From: Candidatus Saccharimonadia bacterium
GTDB taxonomy: Bacteria > Patescibacteriota > Saccharimonadia > UBA4664
Assembly (NCBI GenBank): GCA_035544015.1
Contig: DATKIP010000076.1
Span: 192,299-256,298 of the forward strand
Length of the DNA: 64,000 nucleotides
Reading direction: 5' to 3'
Each line of letters opens with the position of its first letter. Position 1 is the stretch's first letter. A model generated the notes under the pieces. The model did no database searches. It had not been told where the DNA came from and worked only from the letters and a program-made list of their open reading frames with translations. Both the position numbers and the translations under genes were made by a program. Shown here one piece after another: positions 29,437 through 39,836 of this stretch.

Positions 29437-29790
29437 AGGCCGGTTCCTCTTACTGTATAGTTTAGTATACCTTTCCCCGAAATATAAAGCCCCCAGCCAT
29501 GACCAAACCGCTCCCCATCCCCACCCATCTCGGCCTCGCCCGAGCCCAAACGCTACCTCGAATTCGCTACCACCCACGCCTACAAGCACGACCCCGACAT
29601 GCTAGAGCGCATTAACGCCGCGACAATCGAGTTCTTTAAAAGCTACCTCTAAGGGGCGCCCCACATCCCGTGCATGCATAGCGTTTTTTAGCTCATATAT
29701 GAGATGCGGGGGATACCATACATGATATAAAAACGGCCAGCCCACGGGAGGATAGTTAGCCCCAGCATGAATCCATGTATACTTAAGGCC

Positions 29791-32268
29791 ATGAAAAAGT
29801 ACGATCCCCAGCAGATAGAGCCCAAATGGCAAAAAACCTGGGCCGACACTAGGCTCTACGCTGCCGTCACGGGCGATACCACCCGCGACAAATACTACAT
29901 GCTCACCGAGTTCCCGTACCCCTCCGGCGCCGGCCTCCATGCCGGCCACACCCGCGAATACACCCTCGGCGACGTCATCGCCCGCCACAAGCGCATGCAG
30001 GGCTACAACGTGCTCTACCCCATGGGCTACGACGCCTTCGGCCTGCCCACCGAAAATTACGCCATCAAGCACAAAATCGCTCCCCAAAAGGCCACGGCCG
30101 ACAACATTGCCACCTTCCGCCAGCAATTCGACGCCATGGGCTTTAGCTTCGATTGGGACCGTGAGGTCAACACCACCGACCCCAAGTTTTACAAATGGAC
30201 TCAGTGGCTCTTCCTCAAATTCCTCGAAGCCGGCCTCGCCTACCAGGCCGAAATGGCCATCAATTGGTGTCCCAAGGAAAAAACCGGCCTGGCCAACGAA
30301 GAAGTCGTCAATGGTGTCCACGAGCGCTGCGGCACCCCGGTCGAAAAGAAACTCCTCAAACAGTGGATGTTCCGCATCACCGACTACGCCGACCGCCTCA
30401 TCGACGGCCTCAAAACCGTGGATTACCCAAGTCGCATCGCCGACCAGCAGGTCAATTGGATCGGCCGCTCCGAAGGCGCCGAGATCACCTTCAAGCTCCG
30501 CGGCATCGCCGGCCAAGACGACGACAAACACAGCGTCACCGTCTACACCACCCGGCCCGACACACTCTTCGGCGCCACGTTCCTGGTGGTTTCTCCGGAA
30601 GTCGCCGACAGCTGGCTCAAAATCGGCTGGAAAGCCTCAGATAAGGTCAAAGTCTACATTGAAAAATCCCTGCGCGAGTCCGAACTTTCCCGCCAAGAAG
30701 TGGCCAAAACTAAAACCGGCGTCGATGCCGGCATCCAAGCTGTGCACCCCATCACGGGCGAGCTCATGCCCGTTTGGGTGGCCGACTACGTGCTCGGCGG
30801 CTACGGCACCGGCGCCATCATGGCCGTCCCCGTCCACGACGAGCGTGACAACGAGTTCGCGCGCCAGTTCAGTCTGCCCATCAAGCCAGTGGTCTCAGGT
30901 GAATCCGGCTTCACTGGCTACGCCCCCCTTATCAACTCCGGCCAGTTCGACGGCCTCGAAGGCGCCGAAGCCAAGCGGGCCATCGTTAAAACTCTCGAAG
31001 AAAAAGGCGTCGGCAAACTCGCCGTCAAATACAAGCTCCGCGATTGGATCTTCTCCCGCCAGCACTACTGGGGCGAACCCATCCCCATCATCCACTGCCC
31101 CAAAGACGGCGTTGTGCCCGTGCCCGAGGATCAGCTCCCCGTCACGCTGCCGGTGGTCGAAAACTACGAGCCCACCGACACCGGCGAGTCGCCGCTGGCC
31201 GCCGTCACCGATTGGGTCAACGTCAAATGCCCCATTTGTGGCGGCCCGGCCAAGCGCGAAACCGACACCATGCCCAATTGGGCCGGGTCAAACTGGTACT
31301 ACCTGCGCTACATGGATGCCCGCAACGACCAAGCCTTCGCCTCCCGCGAGGCCCTCGAATATTGGCGCATGGTCGACCTATATCTGGGCGGCATGGAGCA
31401 CACCACGCTCCACCTGCTCTACTCGCGCTTCGTCCACCAATTCCTCTACGACCAAGGCCTCGTGCCCACCCCCGAGCCCTACGCCGCCCGCCGCGGCCAA
31501 GGCATCGTGCTGGCCGCCGACAACCGCAAAATGAGCAAATCCATCGGCAATGTCATCAACCCCACGGACATCATCGCCACCCACGGCGCCGACACCCTGC
31601 GGCTCTACATCCTCTTCATGGCGCCCTACGACGAAACCACCCCCTGGAGCGAAGAACGCTTAAATGGCGCGTCGCGCTTCGTGTACAAAGTGTGGAACCT
31701 CGCCCAAGAACTCATGGCCGCTCACCAATTCACCCGCCCCATGCAGCCCGGCCCCGGCGACGCTTTCGAAACCGCCGTCGACCGCGCCACGCACAAAGCC
31801 ATTAAAAAAATCCACGATGACCTGCACGAGATGCATTTCAATACCGCCGTCAGCGCCCTTATGGAGTACGTAAATTTCCTCAGCGACGCCAAAACCAAAG
31901 CCAAATTACTTAAACCCACCTCGGCCGCCCTGGCCTGGCGATCGCTCAATACGCTCGTTCAGCTCCTCGCTCCCATCACCCCGCATCTCTCAGAAGAACT
32001 TTGGCGCGAGCTCGGCTGGGAGGGGAGTGTACACGTGGCCGGCTGGCCCCAATACGACCCCGAGCTCATCAAAGACGACATCATCACCGTCGTGGTACAG
32101 GTAAACGGCCGCGTCCGCGCCAACCTCGCCCTGGCCGCCTCCGCCTCCGACGATGAGCTCACCGCCGCCGCCCAGGCCGACCCCAAAGTGGCCAAATTCC
32201 TCAGCGAAGGCAAGGTCGTGAAAACCATCGTAGTGCCGCGAAAGCTCGTAAACTTCGTCGTGAAGTAA
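29791..32268 (+). CDS. leuS: Leucine--tRNA ligase
   Basis: MKKYDPQQIEPKWQKTW N-terminus, HMGH-like HAGH, and KMSKS (KMSKSIGN) motifs. 825 aa. Confidence 0.9.
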   Translation: MKKYDPQQIEPKWQKTWADTRLYAAVTGDTTRDKYYMLTEFPYPSGAGLHAGHTREYTLGDVIARHKRMQGYNVLYPMGYDAFGLPTENYAIKHKIAPQKATADNIATFRQQFDAMGFSFDWDREVNTTDPKFYKWTQWLFLKFLEAGLAYQAEMAINWCPKEKTGLANEEVVNGVHERCGTPVEKKLLKQWMFRITDYADRLIDGLKTVDYPSRIADQQVNWIGRSEGAEITFKLRGIAGQDDDKHSVTVYTTRPDTLFGATFLVVSPEVADSWLKIGWKASDKVKVYIEKSLRESELSRQEVAKTKTGVDAGIQAVHPITGELMPVWVADYVLGGYGTGAIMAVPVHDERDNEFARQFSLPIKPVVSGESGFTGYAPLINSGQFDGLEGAEAKRAIVKTLEEKGVGKLAVKYKLRDWIFSRQHYWGEPIPIIHCPKDGVVPVPEDQLPVTLPVVENYEPTDTGESPLAAVTDWVNVKCPICGGPAKRETDTMPNWAGSNWYYLRYMDARNDQAFASREALEYWRMVDLYLGGMEHTTLHLLYSRFVHQFLYDQGLVPTPEPYAARRGQGIVLAADNRKMSKSIGNVINPTDIIATHGADTLRLYILFMAPYDETTPWSEERLNGASRFVYKVWNLAQELMAAHQFTRPMQPGPGDAFETAVDRATHKAIKKIHDDLHEMHFNTAVSALMEYVNFLSDAKTKAKLLKPTSAALAWRSLNTLVQLLAPITPHLSEELWRELGWEGSVHVAGWPQYDPELIKDDIITVVVQVNGRVRANLALAASASDDELTAAAQADPKVAKFLSEGKVVKTIVVPRKLVNFVVK

Positions 32269-32284
32269 CGGAAGACGGGCGCCA

Positions 32285-32944
32285 GTGGCTTCAATCCCCG
32301 TCGTAGACCCCGAAGTCGATCCCTACGCCGTACTTGGCGTGTCGCGCGGTGCCACCACCGATGAAATCAAACGCGCCTACCGCACGCGCGCCAAATCCGC
32401 CCACCCCGACGCCGGCGGCAGTCCCGAGGCCATGGATCGCGTCAATCGCGCCTACCACCTGCTGAGCGACGCCGCCGCCAAGCGCGAATTTGACCGCCAT
32501 CGCGACGTCCAGGCCGACGCCACCGCTGCCACTGCGCGCACCAGCACCCGCCGCGCGTCCGAGCCCGCCGCCGCGCCCGAAACCGGCCAGGGCGTTACGC
32601 CCACCAAGCGCCGCATGCAGGCCCGCAGCTATGTTTGGTCGCAGCTAGAGGAATTCGGCTGGGCGGCCGCCCTGGCCGGCCTCGCCCTGAGCTTTCTCGC
32701 CACCCGCGCTATCGGTCCCGCAGCCTGGCTGCTCGGGCTCGGCGGCTTTGCCCTCATCTATTGGCTGGTCCTGCAGCTCGTCTACATTGCCGTACCCGAG
32801 CTCAAGCTCATCACCTTCGATACTGTGCGCTCGCTGCGTCGCTCGAGCCCCCGCCATCGCCGCATCCTGCTCATCGTGAGTGCGCTATGGATTCCGCTCG
32901 GTCTCATCTGGGCAGCACTGTGCGCGTGGTTCGGGGGCAAATAG
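32285..32944 (+). CDS. DnaJ (J-domain) protein with C-terminal transmembrane segments
   Basis: J-domain DPYAVLGVSRGATTDEIKRAYRTRAKSAHPD (HPD motif), then 2-3 TM helices. Confidence 0.7.
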   Translation: MASIPVVDPEVDPYAVLGVSRGATTDEIKRAYRTRAKSAHPDAGGSPEAMDRVNRAYHLLSDAAAKREFDRHRDVQADATAATARTSTRRASEPAAAPETGQGVTPTKRRMQARSYVWSQLEEFGWAAALAGLALSFLATRAIGPAAWLLGLGGFALIYWLVLQLVYIAVPELKLITFDTVRSLRRSSPRHRRILLIVSALWIPLGLIWAALCAWFGGK

Positions 32945-33002
32945 GAGGCCCGACAGGTTGCACCTAACCACAAAATAAGATATACTCCTGCGCAAGAGTG
33001 CT

Positions 33003-33479
33003 ATGCACATCAACGTACGCGACATTCTAGTTGAATCGGTCGGGTACAGCCGGGCCTACAAGATTTCGGGCGAACGCCCAGAAATCGACGGGCTCACGCT
33101 GACCCGAGACATCGAGGGGGAGATCACCATCTCACGCCTCGATTCAAGCCTGCTCGTCCGCGGGCGCGTCATGACCGAGATTGAACTCGAATGCCACCGT
33201 TGTTTAAGCACTTTTAGCCGCCCCACCCACGTCAACCTGGCCCAAGAATACGCAGAGAGTCCCATGGACGATCAGCTGCCCATTGAAGACGACGAGATTG
33301 ATCTCGCGCCCGTCATTGGTCAGGAGCTCATTCTGGATATTCCCCTGCAGATCCTGTGTCGGCCCGATTGTCCGGGTATCCAAGACGCGGCAGAGCAGTA
33401 TACTAAAGAAGCAGATACCAGCACGCGCGTAGCACAACGCGCGCGCATCACGAAAGGAACCAAGCGTGGCCGTACCTAA
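33003..33479 (+). CDS. yceD: YceD/DUF177-family protein (23S rRNA accumulation protein)
   Basis: CHRCL...CRPDCPG Cys motifs. Conserved position immediately upstream of rpmF. Confidence 0.75.
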   Translation: MHINVRDILVESVGYSRAYKISGERPEIDGLTLTRDIEGEITISRLDSSLLVRGRVMTEIELECHRCLSTFSRPTHVNLAQEYAESPMDDQLPIEDDEIDLAPVIGQELILDIPLQILCRPDCPGIQDAAEQYTKEADTSTRVAQRARITKGTKRGRT

Positions 33480-33633
33480 GAAACGCACTACTAGAACCGC
33501 CCAGGGCCAGCGTCGCTCGCACCTGGCGCTCGTCCCCACCCAGCTTATTCGCACCGCTGCCGGTGCACTCATTCCTCGCCGCCTCAAAAAGGCTGCCGAG
33601 CTCGGCTTACTCAAGAATCCCAAGAAGGCCTAG
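33466..33633 (+). CDS. rpmF: 50S ribosomal protein L32
   Basis: GTG start with an [33 protein letters not shown] matches the L32 consensus. 55 aa. Overlaps the yceD stop; not in the ORF track (<60 aa). Confidence 0.75.
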   Translation: MAVPKKRTTRTAQGQRRSHLALVPTQLIRTAAGALIPRRLKKAAELGLLKNPKKA

Positions 33634-33644
33634 GGGCGCCCGCG

Positions 33645-34121
33645 ATGGCCTCCAACCGTCACCTCGGCCGCATCGTTGCGATGCAGACGCTCTATGAGCA
33701 TGATTTTCGCGCCGGCGATGAGACCTCGCTCGAGCTTTCGCCGATTTTGCAGCGCAACCTCGATGAATTCCGCTCCAGCATCGACGACACCAATTTCGTC
33801 GAAGATGTCGTAGACGGTGTGCATAGCCATCAGACCGAAATCGACGGCATGATCGCCCCGGCCGCGCCCGAATGGCCGGTCGACCAGATCGCCAAAATCG
33901 ACAAAATCGTCCTGCGCATCGGGGTGTACGAACTCATGATCAAGCGCGATGTTCCCCCCAAGGTGGCCATCAACGAAGCCGTCGAGCTCGCCAAAACGTT
34001 TGGCGGCGAAAACTCCAGCAAATTCATCAACGGTGTGCTGGGAACCATTTACCGAAACAGTGATTTCTATGAACCAGAAGAAGAACCGGCGGCCAAACCG
34101 CTCGACAAAGCCGAAAACTAA
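33645..34121 (+). CDS. nusB: Transcription antitermination factor NusB
   Basis: [17 protein letters not shown]...[24 protein letters not shown]. Confidence 0.85.
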   Translation: MASNRHLGRIVAMQTLYEHDFRAGDETSLELSPILQRNLDEFRSSIDDTNFVEDVVDGVHSHQTEIDGMIAPAAPEWPVDQIAKIDKIVLRIGVYELMIKRDVPPKVAINEAVELAKTFGGENSSKFINGVLGTIYRNSDFYEPEEEPAAKPLDKAEN

Positions 34122-34605
34122 TCGCGCCACCAAGGCCGTTCGCGAATACACCGCCGGCGGTGTGGTGTACCGCCGCGCCGGTAGCCACGTCGACATCCTG
34201 ATGATCCAGGACCGGCTGGGCCGCTGGACCATCCCCAAGGGCCACGTGGAGGCCGGCGAAAGTCTCGAACAAACCGCCCTGCGCGAAGTAGCCGAAGAAA
34301 CCGGCCTACAAGAATTTCGCTTGGGCGACAAGCTCGATAAGCTCCATTTTTTCTATCGTAAAGAGGGCAAGCTGATCTTCATGACCACGCACGTCTATCT
34401 GATGGAGGCACTCGGCGACACCGACGCGGTAGTAGCCGAAGACTCCGAAGGCATTGTCGACGCCAAATGGTTTCCGGCCGACAAAGCCCTGGGCCTCATC
34501 GAATACCGCGACACCGAGCGGCTCTTCCGGCTCGGGCTGTCCAAGCTCGGCATCGCTGCCAACCTTCCGGCTGTCAAAACTCCTAAACTCATCCCATCAT
34601 CATGA
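34069..34605 (+). CDS. NUDIX hydrolase
   Basis: Nudix box [26 protein letters not shown] at 34069 overlaps the nusB 3' end by 53 nt. Confidence 0.75.
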   Translation: MNQKKNRRPNRSTKPKTNRATKAVREYTAGGVVYRRAGSHVDILMIQDRLGRWTIPKGHVEAGESLEQTALREVAEETGLQEFRLGDKLDKLHFFYRKEGKLIFMTTHVYLMEALGDTDAVVAEDSEGIVDAKWFPADKALGLIEYRDTERLFRLGLSKLGIAANLPAVKTPKLIPSS

Positions 34606-35297
34606 ACCCACTCGACGAATTCCAAGACCGCATCGGCATCAAATTTAACGACGTATCTCTGCTCGAGCGCGCGTTTACTCACCGCTCGTATCTCAACGAG
34701 CACCCCAAGCTCGGCCTCGAGCACAATGAGCGCATTGAGTTTCTCGGCGACGCCGTTCTCGAGCTCGTAGTCACCGACCACCTGTATCGCAATTATCCCA
34801 ATCCCGAGGGCGATCTCACCAACTGGCGCAGCGCACTCGTGAAAACCGAATCGCTCGCCGCCGTGGCCGAAAAGCTCCAGATCGCCGAATACTTCAAGCT
34901 CAGCCGCGGCGAAGCCAAGGGCAACGCCCGCTCGCACGCCCTCATTTCGGCCAACGCCGTCGAGGCCATCATCGGCGCCACCTACCTGGACCAAGGCTAC
35001 GATACCGCCAAGCGCTTCATCGCCGACCATATCATTTCCCGCCTCGAGCATATCCTCGAATCCGGCGCCTGGATGGACCCCAAGAGCAAATTCCAGGAAC
35101 TCGCCCAGGAACGCTTCGGCCTCACACCCGCTTATCGTGTCATGGAAGAAGCCGGCCCCGATCACGACAAAGTCTTCACCATCGGTGTGTATGTAGGCGA
35201 CACCCTCTACGGCCAGGGTTCCGGTTCGAGCAAGCAGGCCGGCCAGCAAGAAGCCGCCGCCGCCGCACTCGCCAAGCTCGCCCAGCCCAAAGCCTAG
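34602..35297 (+). CDS. rnc: Ribonuclease III
   Basis: RNase III signature ERIEFLGDAVLELVV plus a C-terminal dsRBD. 4-nt overlap with the NUDIX gene. Confidence 0.9.
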   Translation: MNPLDEFQDRIGIKFNDVSLLERAFTHRSYLNEHPKLGLEHNERIEFLGDAVLELVVTDHLYRNYPNPEGDLTNWRSALVKTESLAAVAEKLQIAEYFKLSRGEAKGNARSHALISANAVEAIIGATYLDQGYDTAKRFIADHIISRLEHILESGAWMDPKSKFQELAQERFGLTPAYRVMEEAGPDHDKVFTIGVYVGDTLYGQGSGSSKQAGQQEAAAAALAKLAQPKA

Positions 35298-35390
35298 ATA
35301 GCATTCCTCGAGTATTTACGGTATAACCATACCGGACACCGTCCGGAATCCGGCATGGTGCCGGTTCCTTCGTTTTGGGGGTGATGGCCC

Positions 35391-36284
35391 ATGCGGCCGT
35401 CAAAGCATCGCACTCCAGCGCGCACCCGCGTGCCGATCGAAGCCTGCGTGGCGAAAAACTTGCTGGGAGGCCGGTACGTTCGCTACCTGCGCATCGGCAC
35501 CGGCGACCAGCTGGTCGTGCACCTGCACGGCCTGGGCGGCATACCGGGTCTCGATCTGGGGTGGCTGGCGTGGTTGAGCCAGGAGCTCAACCTCACCGTC
35601 TTGGCCCCGTTCCTGCCCAATCACGCCCGCTCCTGCCGGGTCGACACCTACGACGAGCTCATCGACTGCCTGGGCGACTGGGCTGAGTCCTGCGGAATCG
35701 AGCGTGCTCTATGGATTGGCCACTCGCTTGGCGGCTACCTGGTCTACGGCGTGGCGCTCAAGCGGCCGCAGTACGTCGGCGGGGTCGTCAACCTGGCCGG
35801 ACCGGTCAACGCAGTGTTCGACCGCCGGCCCATCCCGCTGCTGATGCCCAAGCTGGCCTACCTGGCCGTCGAAGGGCTGATCGCCTTCTGGGTCTCGCTG
35901 GGGACGCAACTGCTGGGCCCCTACCGCCGCGACGTGCTGCGGCACACCGTCGACAGTGTGCTGCACGGCCCGCGGGCTCGCACCATCCTCCGCCTCATCC
36001 GGAATACGCCCCAGCTCCTGGGCCCGATGCAGCGGCTCCCCATCCCCGCCTTCAACCTAGGGGCCGGCCTAGACCCCACCATCCGCTACCGTTACCCCTG
36101 GCCCGGTCCGGGCGGCCCTGGCGACATGGTGACGCTCTTCGGGGCGCCGCACAACTTCCCGTCGCTGCTGCCGCTGGTGCCACACTTCCGCGCCGCCATC
36201 ATCGCCGCCGTCAGCACCGTGCTGACCGGCATGGTTAACGCGAATGACCCCGCCCCCTCCACAACCCGTCCGCCCGTCGCCTGA
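35391..36284 (+). CDS. Alpha/beta-fold hydrolase
   Basis: Nucleophile elbow GHSLGG, HG oxyanion region VVHLHGLGG. Confidence 0.7.
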   Translation: MRPSKHRTPARTRVPIEACVAKNLLGGRYVRYLRIGTGDQLVVHLHGLGGIPGLDLGWLAWLSQELNLTVLAPFLPNHARSCRVDTYDELIDCLGDWAESCGIERALWIGHSLGGYLVYGVALKRPQYVGGVVNLAGPVNAVFDRRPIPLLMPKLAYLAVEGLIAFWVSLGTQLLGPYRRDVLRHTVDSVLHGPRARTILRLIRNTPQLLGPMQRLPIPAFNLGAGLDPTIRYRYPWPGPGGPGDMVTLFGAPHNFPSLLPLVPHFRAAIIAAVSTVLTGMVNANDPAPSTTRPPVA

Positions 36285-36409
36285 TGCTCGCTTCGCGGTC
36301 CCGTCAGGCGACCGCCGCCGCTCCCCTAGTGTTGTGGGAGCGGCGGCGAGTCATTTCGGCGCCCGTTTATTTGCTACAATAAAGCTAATGGTGTTGCGAG
36401 ATAAACTAC

Positions 36410-38911
36410 ATGCTGCTTAGGCGCGTAACGGTCACCGGGTTCAAGTCGTTTGCCAATAAAACGGTGATCGATCTCGAGCCCGGCATCACGGCCGTGGTGG
36501 GACCAAATGGCTCTGGCAAGAGCAACTTGGCCGACGCTATCCGTTGGGCGCTGGGCGAACAGGGCAAGAATCGGCTAAGGCTCGAGGGGCGCGACGAACT
36601 GGTGTTTGCCGGCAATGACCACCGTGCCCGCGCCAGTTTTGCCGAGGTTACGCTGCTGTTTGATAACGAAGACGGCGCCTTTGCGCTCGACCTCACCGAG
36701 GTCGAAATTTCGCGGCGCATGTACCGCAGCGGCGAAACCGATTACCGCTTGGCCGGGCGCAGTGTGCGGCTGGCCGACCTCCAGGCGCTGCTGGCCCAGG
36801 CCGGGGTGGGCGCCGGCACCTACGCCGTCATCGGCCAAGGCATGATCGATACCATGCTCACCAGCTCGCCGGCCGAGCGCAAGCTCCTGTTTGATGAGGC
36901 CGCCGGCATCCGCGGCCCCGAGCTCGGCCGCGAAGCCGCGCTGCGCAAACTCACCGCCACCGCCGCCAACCTCACGCGCCTGCGCGACATCGCGGCCGAG
37001 CTGGCGCCGCGCCTGGGCTCGCTGCAGACGGCGGTGGATGCGGCCAGCGAGCGCGAGCAGCTGGCGGGCCGCGTGGCCGACCTGCGCGCCGCGGTGGTGG
37101 CGGCCGGCCGCGCTCAATGGGCCGCCGCTCACGCCGCCGCGGCGAGCCGTCTCGCCGACCTGGCCGCCGCCGCTCACCGCCTGCGCCACCAGCACCACGC
37201 GTTGAGCCACGCCGCCGCCCGTCGCCGCCAGGCCGAAGTCGCCGCCGCCCGCCGCCGCGAGCAGCTCCAGGCCGAAGTCGCCGCCCTGGAGCGCGCCCGC
37301 GACGAGGCGGCCACCGAGCTCACCACGGCCGGTGCCGCCATGGCCATCGCCGAGCGCGATGCCGGCGCCGCCACCGAGCTCACGGTGCGGCTCAAGACCT
37401 CCATCGCCGACCTGCGCGCCGCTACCAACCGCCTGGCCGCCACCCACACCGCACTGGCCTCAAACGCCGAGTCCGCCGCTCGTGCCGCCAAGGCCGCCAC
37501 TCGCGCCAACCGCGCCGTCACTGCCGCGCAGGCAGCGTTGATCACCATTCGCGAAGACACCGGCGACGGCGCCCGCGATCAATACCTCGAACACGCACTG
37601 CAAATTCTCAAAACCTTAGCCCAGGGTCTCGGCACGCCGCAATTCACCGCCGAGCAAATCCGCTTACTTATCCACAAGGCCGGACGGTTGCTCAGCCATG
37701 CCACCCGCACCGGGGCCGCCGAGCTCCTCGCCGATCTGAAAGTCTCCCAAAAACAGCTCGAAGCCGCCATGACCGCGCGCGATACCGCCATTGAGCACCA
37801 AACCAATCTCTCGATCGCCGGCCGTTCACTCGAGATCGACCTTGCCCATCAGCAGACGGAGGTCGAACGCCTCAACGCCCGGCGCGAGGAACTCGAGCTG
37901 GAGCTCGACCCACTCGAACGCAGCGCCCGCGCGCTCGCCAAGCTCACAGTGGCCGAACACCGGGCCACTACCGCGCTCGCCGCCGCCACCGCCCAGCTCG
38001 AATCCGGCCGCGCCGAGCTCGCTCGGCTGAGCTCCGGCTCCGCCGTTACTCTGGCCGTCGCCGATCAGCTCGGCCGGCTCGAGCGCACGCGCGCCGAGCT
38101 CACCGCCCTCGCCGCCGAGCAGGCCCGCCTGCGCGACGACCGCGAGGCCGCCGCCGCGCGTCTCGCCGAGCTCAACCAGCTCGCCGCCGATTGGGCCGTT
38201 CCCGCCGCCCCCACCACAGCCGCCGTCTCGCCGCCCTTCGATTCCTTCGCCACCCTCAGCGACCAGCTCGCCCGGGCCGAAACACTGCTCGAGGCCCGCA
38301 CCCAGGTCTACCAAGACCATCTCGCCGAGTACCACGAAGTCACCGCCCGCCAATCCGACCTCACCACCCAAATCGCCGACCTCGAGCAAGCCGAGGCCGA
38401 CCTGCGCAAGCTCGTCGCCGAGCTCGAAACTCTCATTAAATCCCGTTTCAAAGACAATTTCGACGCTCTGGCCGAGCAATTTAGCCATTATTTCACCCGC
38501 CTGTTCGAGGGCGGCTCGGCCTCGCTTGAACTCACCCAGTCAGACGACGCGGGCTACGGCATCACCATTAAAGCCAGCCCCAAAGGCAAACGCCTCGCCA
38601 CTATCGCGGCGCTCTCCGGTGGCGAACGCGCGCTGGCCGGCGTCGCGCTGGTGGCCGCCATCCTGCGCGTCAACCCCAGCCCCTTCGTCGTGCTCGACGA
38701 AATCGACGCCGCTCTCGACGAAGCCAACTCCGGCCGCCTCGCCACCATCCTCGCCGAGCTCGAGCAATACTCGCAGCTCATCGTCATCACCCACAACCGC
38801 CAAACCATGAAAGCCGCCAAAGTCCTCTTCGGCGTCACCATGGGCGACCACCACATTTCCAGCCTCATCTCCATGCGCCTCGAGCAAGCCACCCAACTCG
38901 CCGCCCGCTAG
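36410..38911 (+). CDS. smc: SMC-family chromosome segregation ATPase (short, 833 aa, Ala-rich coiled coil)
   Basis: N-terminal Walker A VVGPNGSGKSN. C-terminal signature LSGGERALAGVAL and Walker B VVLDEIDAALD. Central Ala/Arg/Glu-rich coiled coil. Confidence 0.8.
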   Translation: MLLRRVTVTGFKSFANKTVIDLEPGITAVVGPNGSGKSNLADAIRWALGEQGKNRLRLEGRDELVFAGNDHRARASFAEVTLLFDNEDGAFALDLTEVEISRRMYRSGETDYRLAGRSVRLADLQALLAQAGVGAGTYAVIGQGMIDTMLTSSPAERKLLFDEAAGIRGPELGREAALRKLTATAANLTRLRDIAAELAPRLGSLQTAVDAASEREQLAGRVADLRAAVVAAGRAQWAAAHAAAASRLADLAAAAHRLRHQHHALSHAAARRRQAEVAAARRREQLQAEVAALERARDEAATELTTAGAAMAIAERDAGAATELTVRLKTSIADLRAATNRLAATHTALASNAESAARAAKAATRANRAVTAAQAALITIREDTGDGARDQYLEHALQILKTLAQGLGTPQFTAEQIRLLIHKAGRLLSHATRTGAAELLADLKVSQKQLEAAMTARDTAIEHQTNLSIAGRSLEIDLAHQQTEVERLNARREELELELDPLERSARALAKLTVAEHRATTALAAATAQLESGRAELARLSSGSAVTLAVADQLGRLERTRAELTALAAEQARLRDDREAAAARLAELNQLAADWAVPAAPTTAAVSPPFDSFATLSDQLARAETLLEARTQVYQDHLAEYHEVTARQSDLTTQIADLEQAEADLRKLVAELETLIKSRFKDNFDALAEQFSHYFTRLFEGGSASLELTQSDDAGYGITIKASPKGKRLATIAALSGGERALAGVALVAAILRVNPSPFVVLDEIDAALDEANSGRLATILAELEQYSQLIVITHNRQTMKAAKVLFGVTMGDHHISSLISMRLEQATQLAAR

Positions 38912-38919
38912 CCAATCTG

Positions 38920-38948
38920 TTGACTTATACCGCAAAAATCGTTAAACT
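38920..38948 (+). promoter_or_regulatory. Putative sigma70 promoter of the rpsP operon (TTGACT-17-TAAACT)
   Basis: -35 at 38920-38925, -10 at 38943-38948. Confidence 0.4.
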
Positions 38949-38995
38949 CAACTTCGTTGTAACCACATATCAGGAATAATCCAGGAACACTTCAT

Positions 38996-39361
38996 TTGTT
39001 AGTTATTCGCTTGGCCCGCACCGGCCGTAACAAATACCCGACCTACCGCGTTGTTGCGGCCGAATCGGCTCGTACCGCTACGGGTAAATTTGTCGCCATC
39101 CTTGGTCACTACAATCCTCACACCAAGGAAATCGTGCTCAAAACCGACGAAATCGTCAAGCACATGGCCAATGGCGCCCAGCCGTCGAATACCGTCGTGA
39201 AACTCCTGATGCGCGAAAAAGTTGAGCTGCCCAAGTGGGTGAAACTCAAAACCAAAGCTCCCAAGGTAGTCGAGGCTCCGGCCGAGGAAGCCGCCACCGA
39301 AGTTTCGCCCGCTGAGGCCGAAGCCGACGCGCTCCCGGATGATAGCACCGAAACTACGTAG
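38996..39361 (+). CDS. rpsP: 30S ribosomal protein S16 with C-terminal extension
   Basis: TTG start. LVIRLARTGRNKYPTYRVVAAESARTATGKFVAILGHYNP matches the S16 consensus. An approximately 40-aa acidic/Ala-rich tail. Confidence 0.9.
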   Translation: MLVIRLARTGRNKYPTYRVVAAESARTATGKFVAILGHYNPHTKEIVLKTDEIVKHMANGAQPSNTVVKLLMREKVELPKWVKLKTKAPKVVEAPAEEAATEVSPAEAEADALPDDSTETT

Positions 39362-39432
39362 ATCGTAGGTCCCTGATCGCTATAAAAATGATATGATATC
39401 TCCAACATCCATAATTCTGTAAGGAGTGGTGT

Positions 39433-39822
39433 ATGCCGGACATGGATAAGGAATTTGTAGAGTACGTCGTTAGGGCCTTAGTGAGTCACCCCGACGACGT
39501 GGTGGTGAAGCGCTCTGTCGATGACATGGGCGTCCTGCTTGAGTTATCAGTAAACCCCGAAGACATGGGCAAGGTGATCGGCAAGGCCGGCGCCACCGCC
39601 AAGAGCATCCGCACGCTGCTGCGGGTACTCGGCTCGCGCAACGACGCCCGCGTCAACCTTAAGATCATCGAGCCCGAAGGCAGCGAACATCACGCCGCCG
39701 CCGCCGATGAGTTGCCGCTCGAAGAAGTCCCCGCCGCCGCCGCTCCCGTTGAGGATGCCGAAGCTGAAATGCTGGCTCGCACCAAGCGCGAATTTGCTGA
39801 TCTCGACGACCTCGACCTGTAA
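39433..39822 (+). CDS. KH-domain RNA-binding protein (KhpA/YlqC-like) with an acidic C-terminal tail
   Basis: KH GXXG region GKVIGKAGATAKSIRTLL. Conserved position between rpsP and trmD. Confidence 0.8.
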   Translation: MPDMDKEFVEYVVRALVSHPDDVVVKRSVDDMGVLLELSVNPEDMGKVIGKAGATAKSIRTLLRVLGSRNDARVNLKIIEPEGSEHHAAAADELPLEEVPAAAAPVEDAEAEMLARTKREFADLDDLDL

Positions 39823-39836
39823 ATAAACGACGCCCC

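Noticed and set aside
29939-31534. 531-aa ORF inside leuS
   Set aside because: Shifted frame of leuS. Composition (S/P/T/A-rich) indicates non-coding.
36575-38488. Multiple long minus-strand ORFs (up to 290 aa) within smc
   Set aside because: Antisense of the Ala/Arg/Glu-rich coiled-coil region, which lacks stop codons on both strands.
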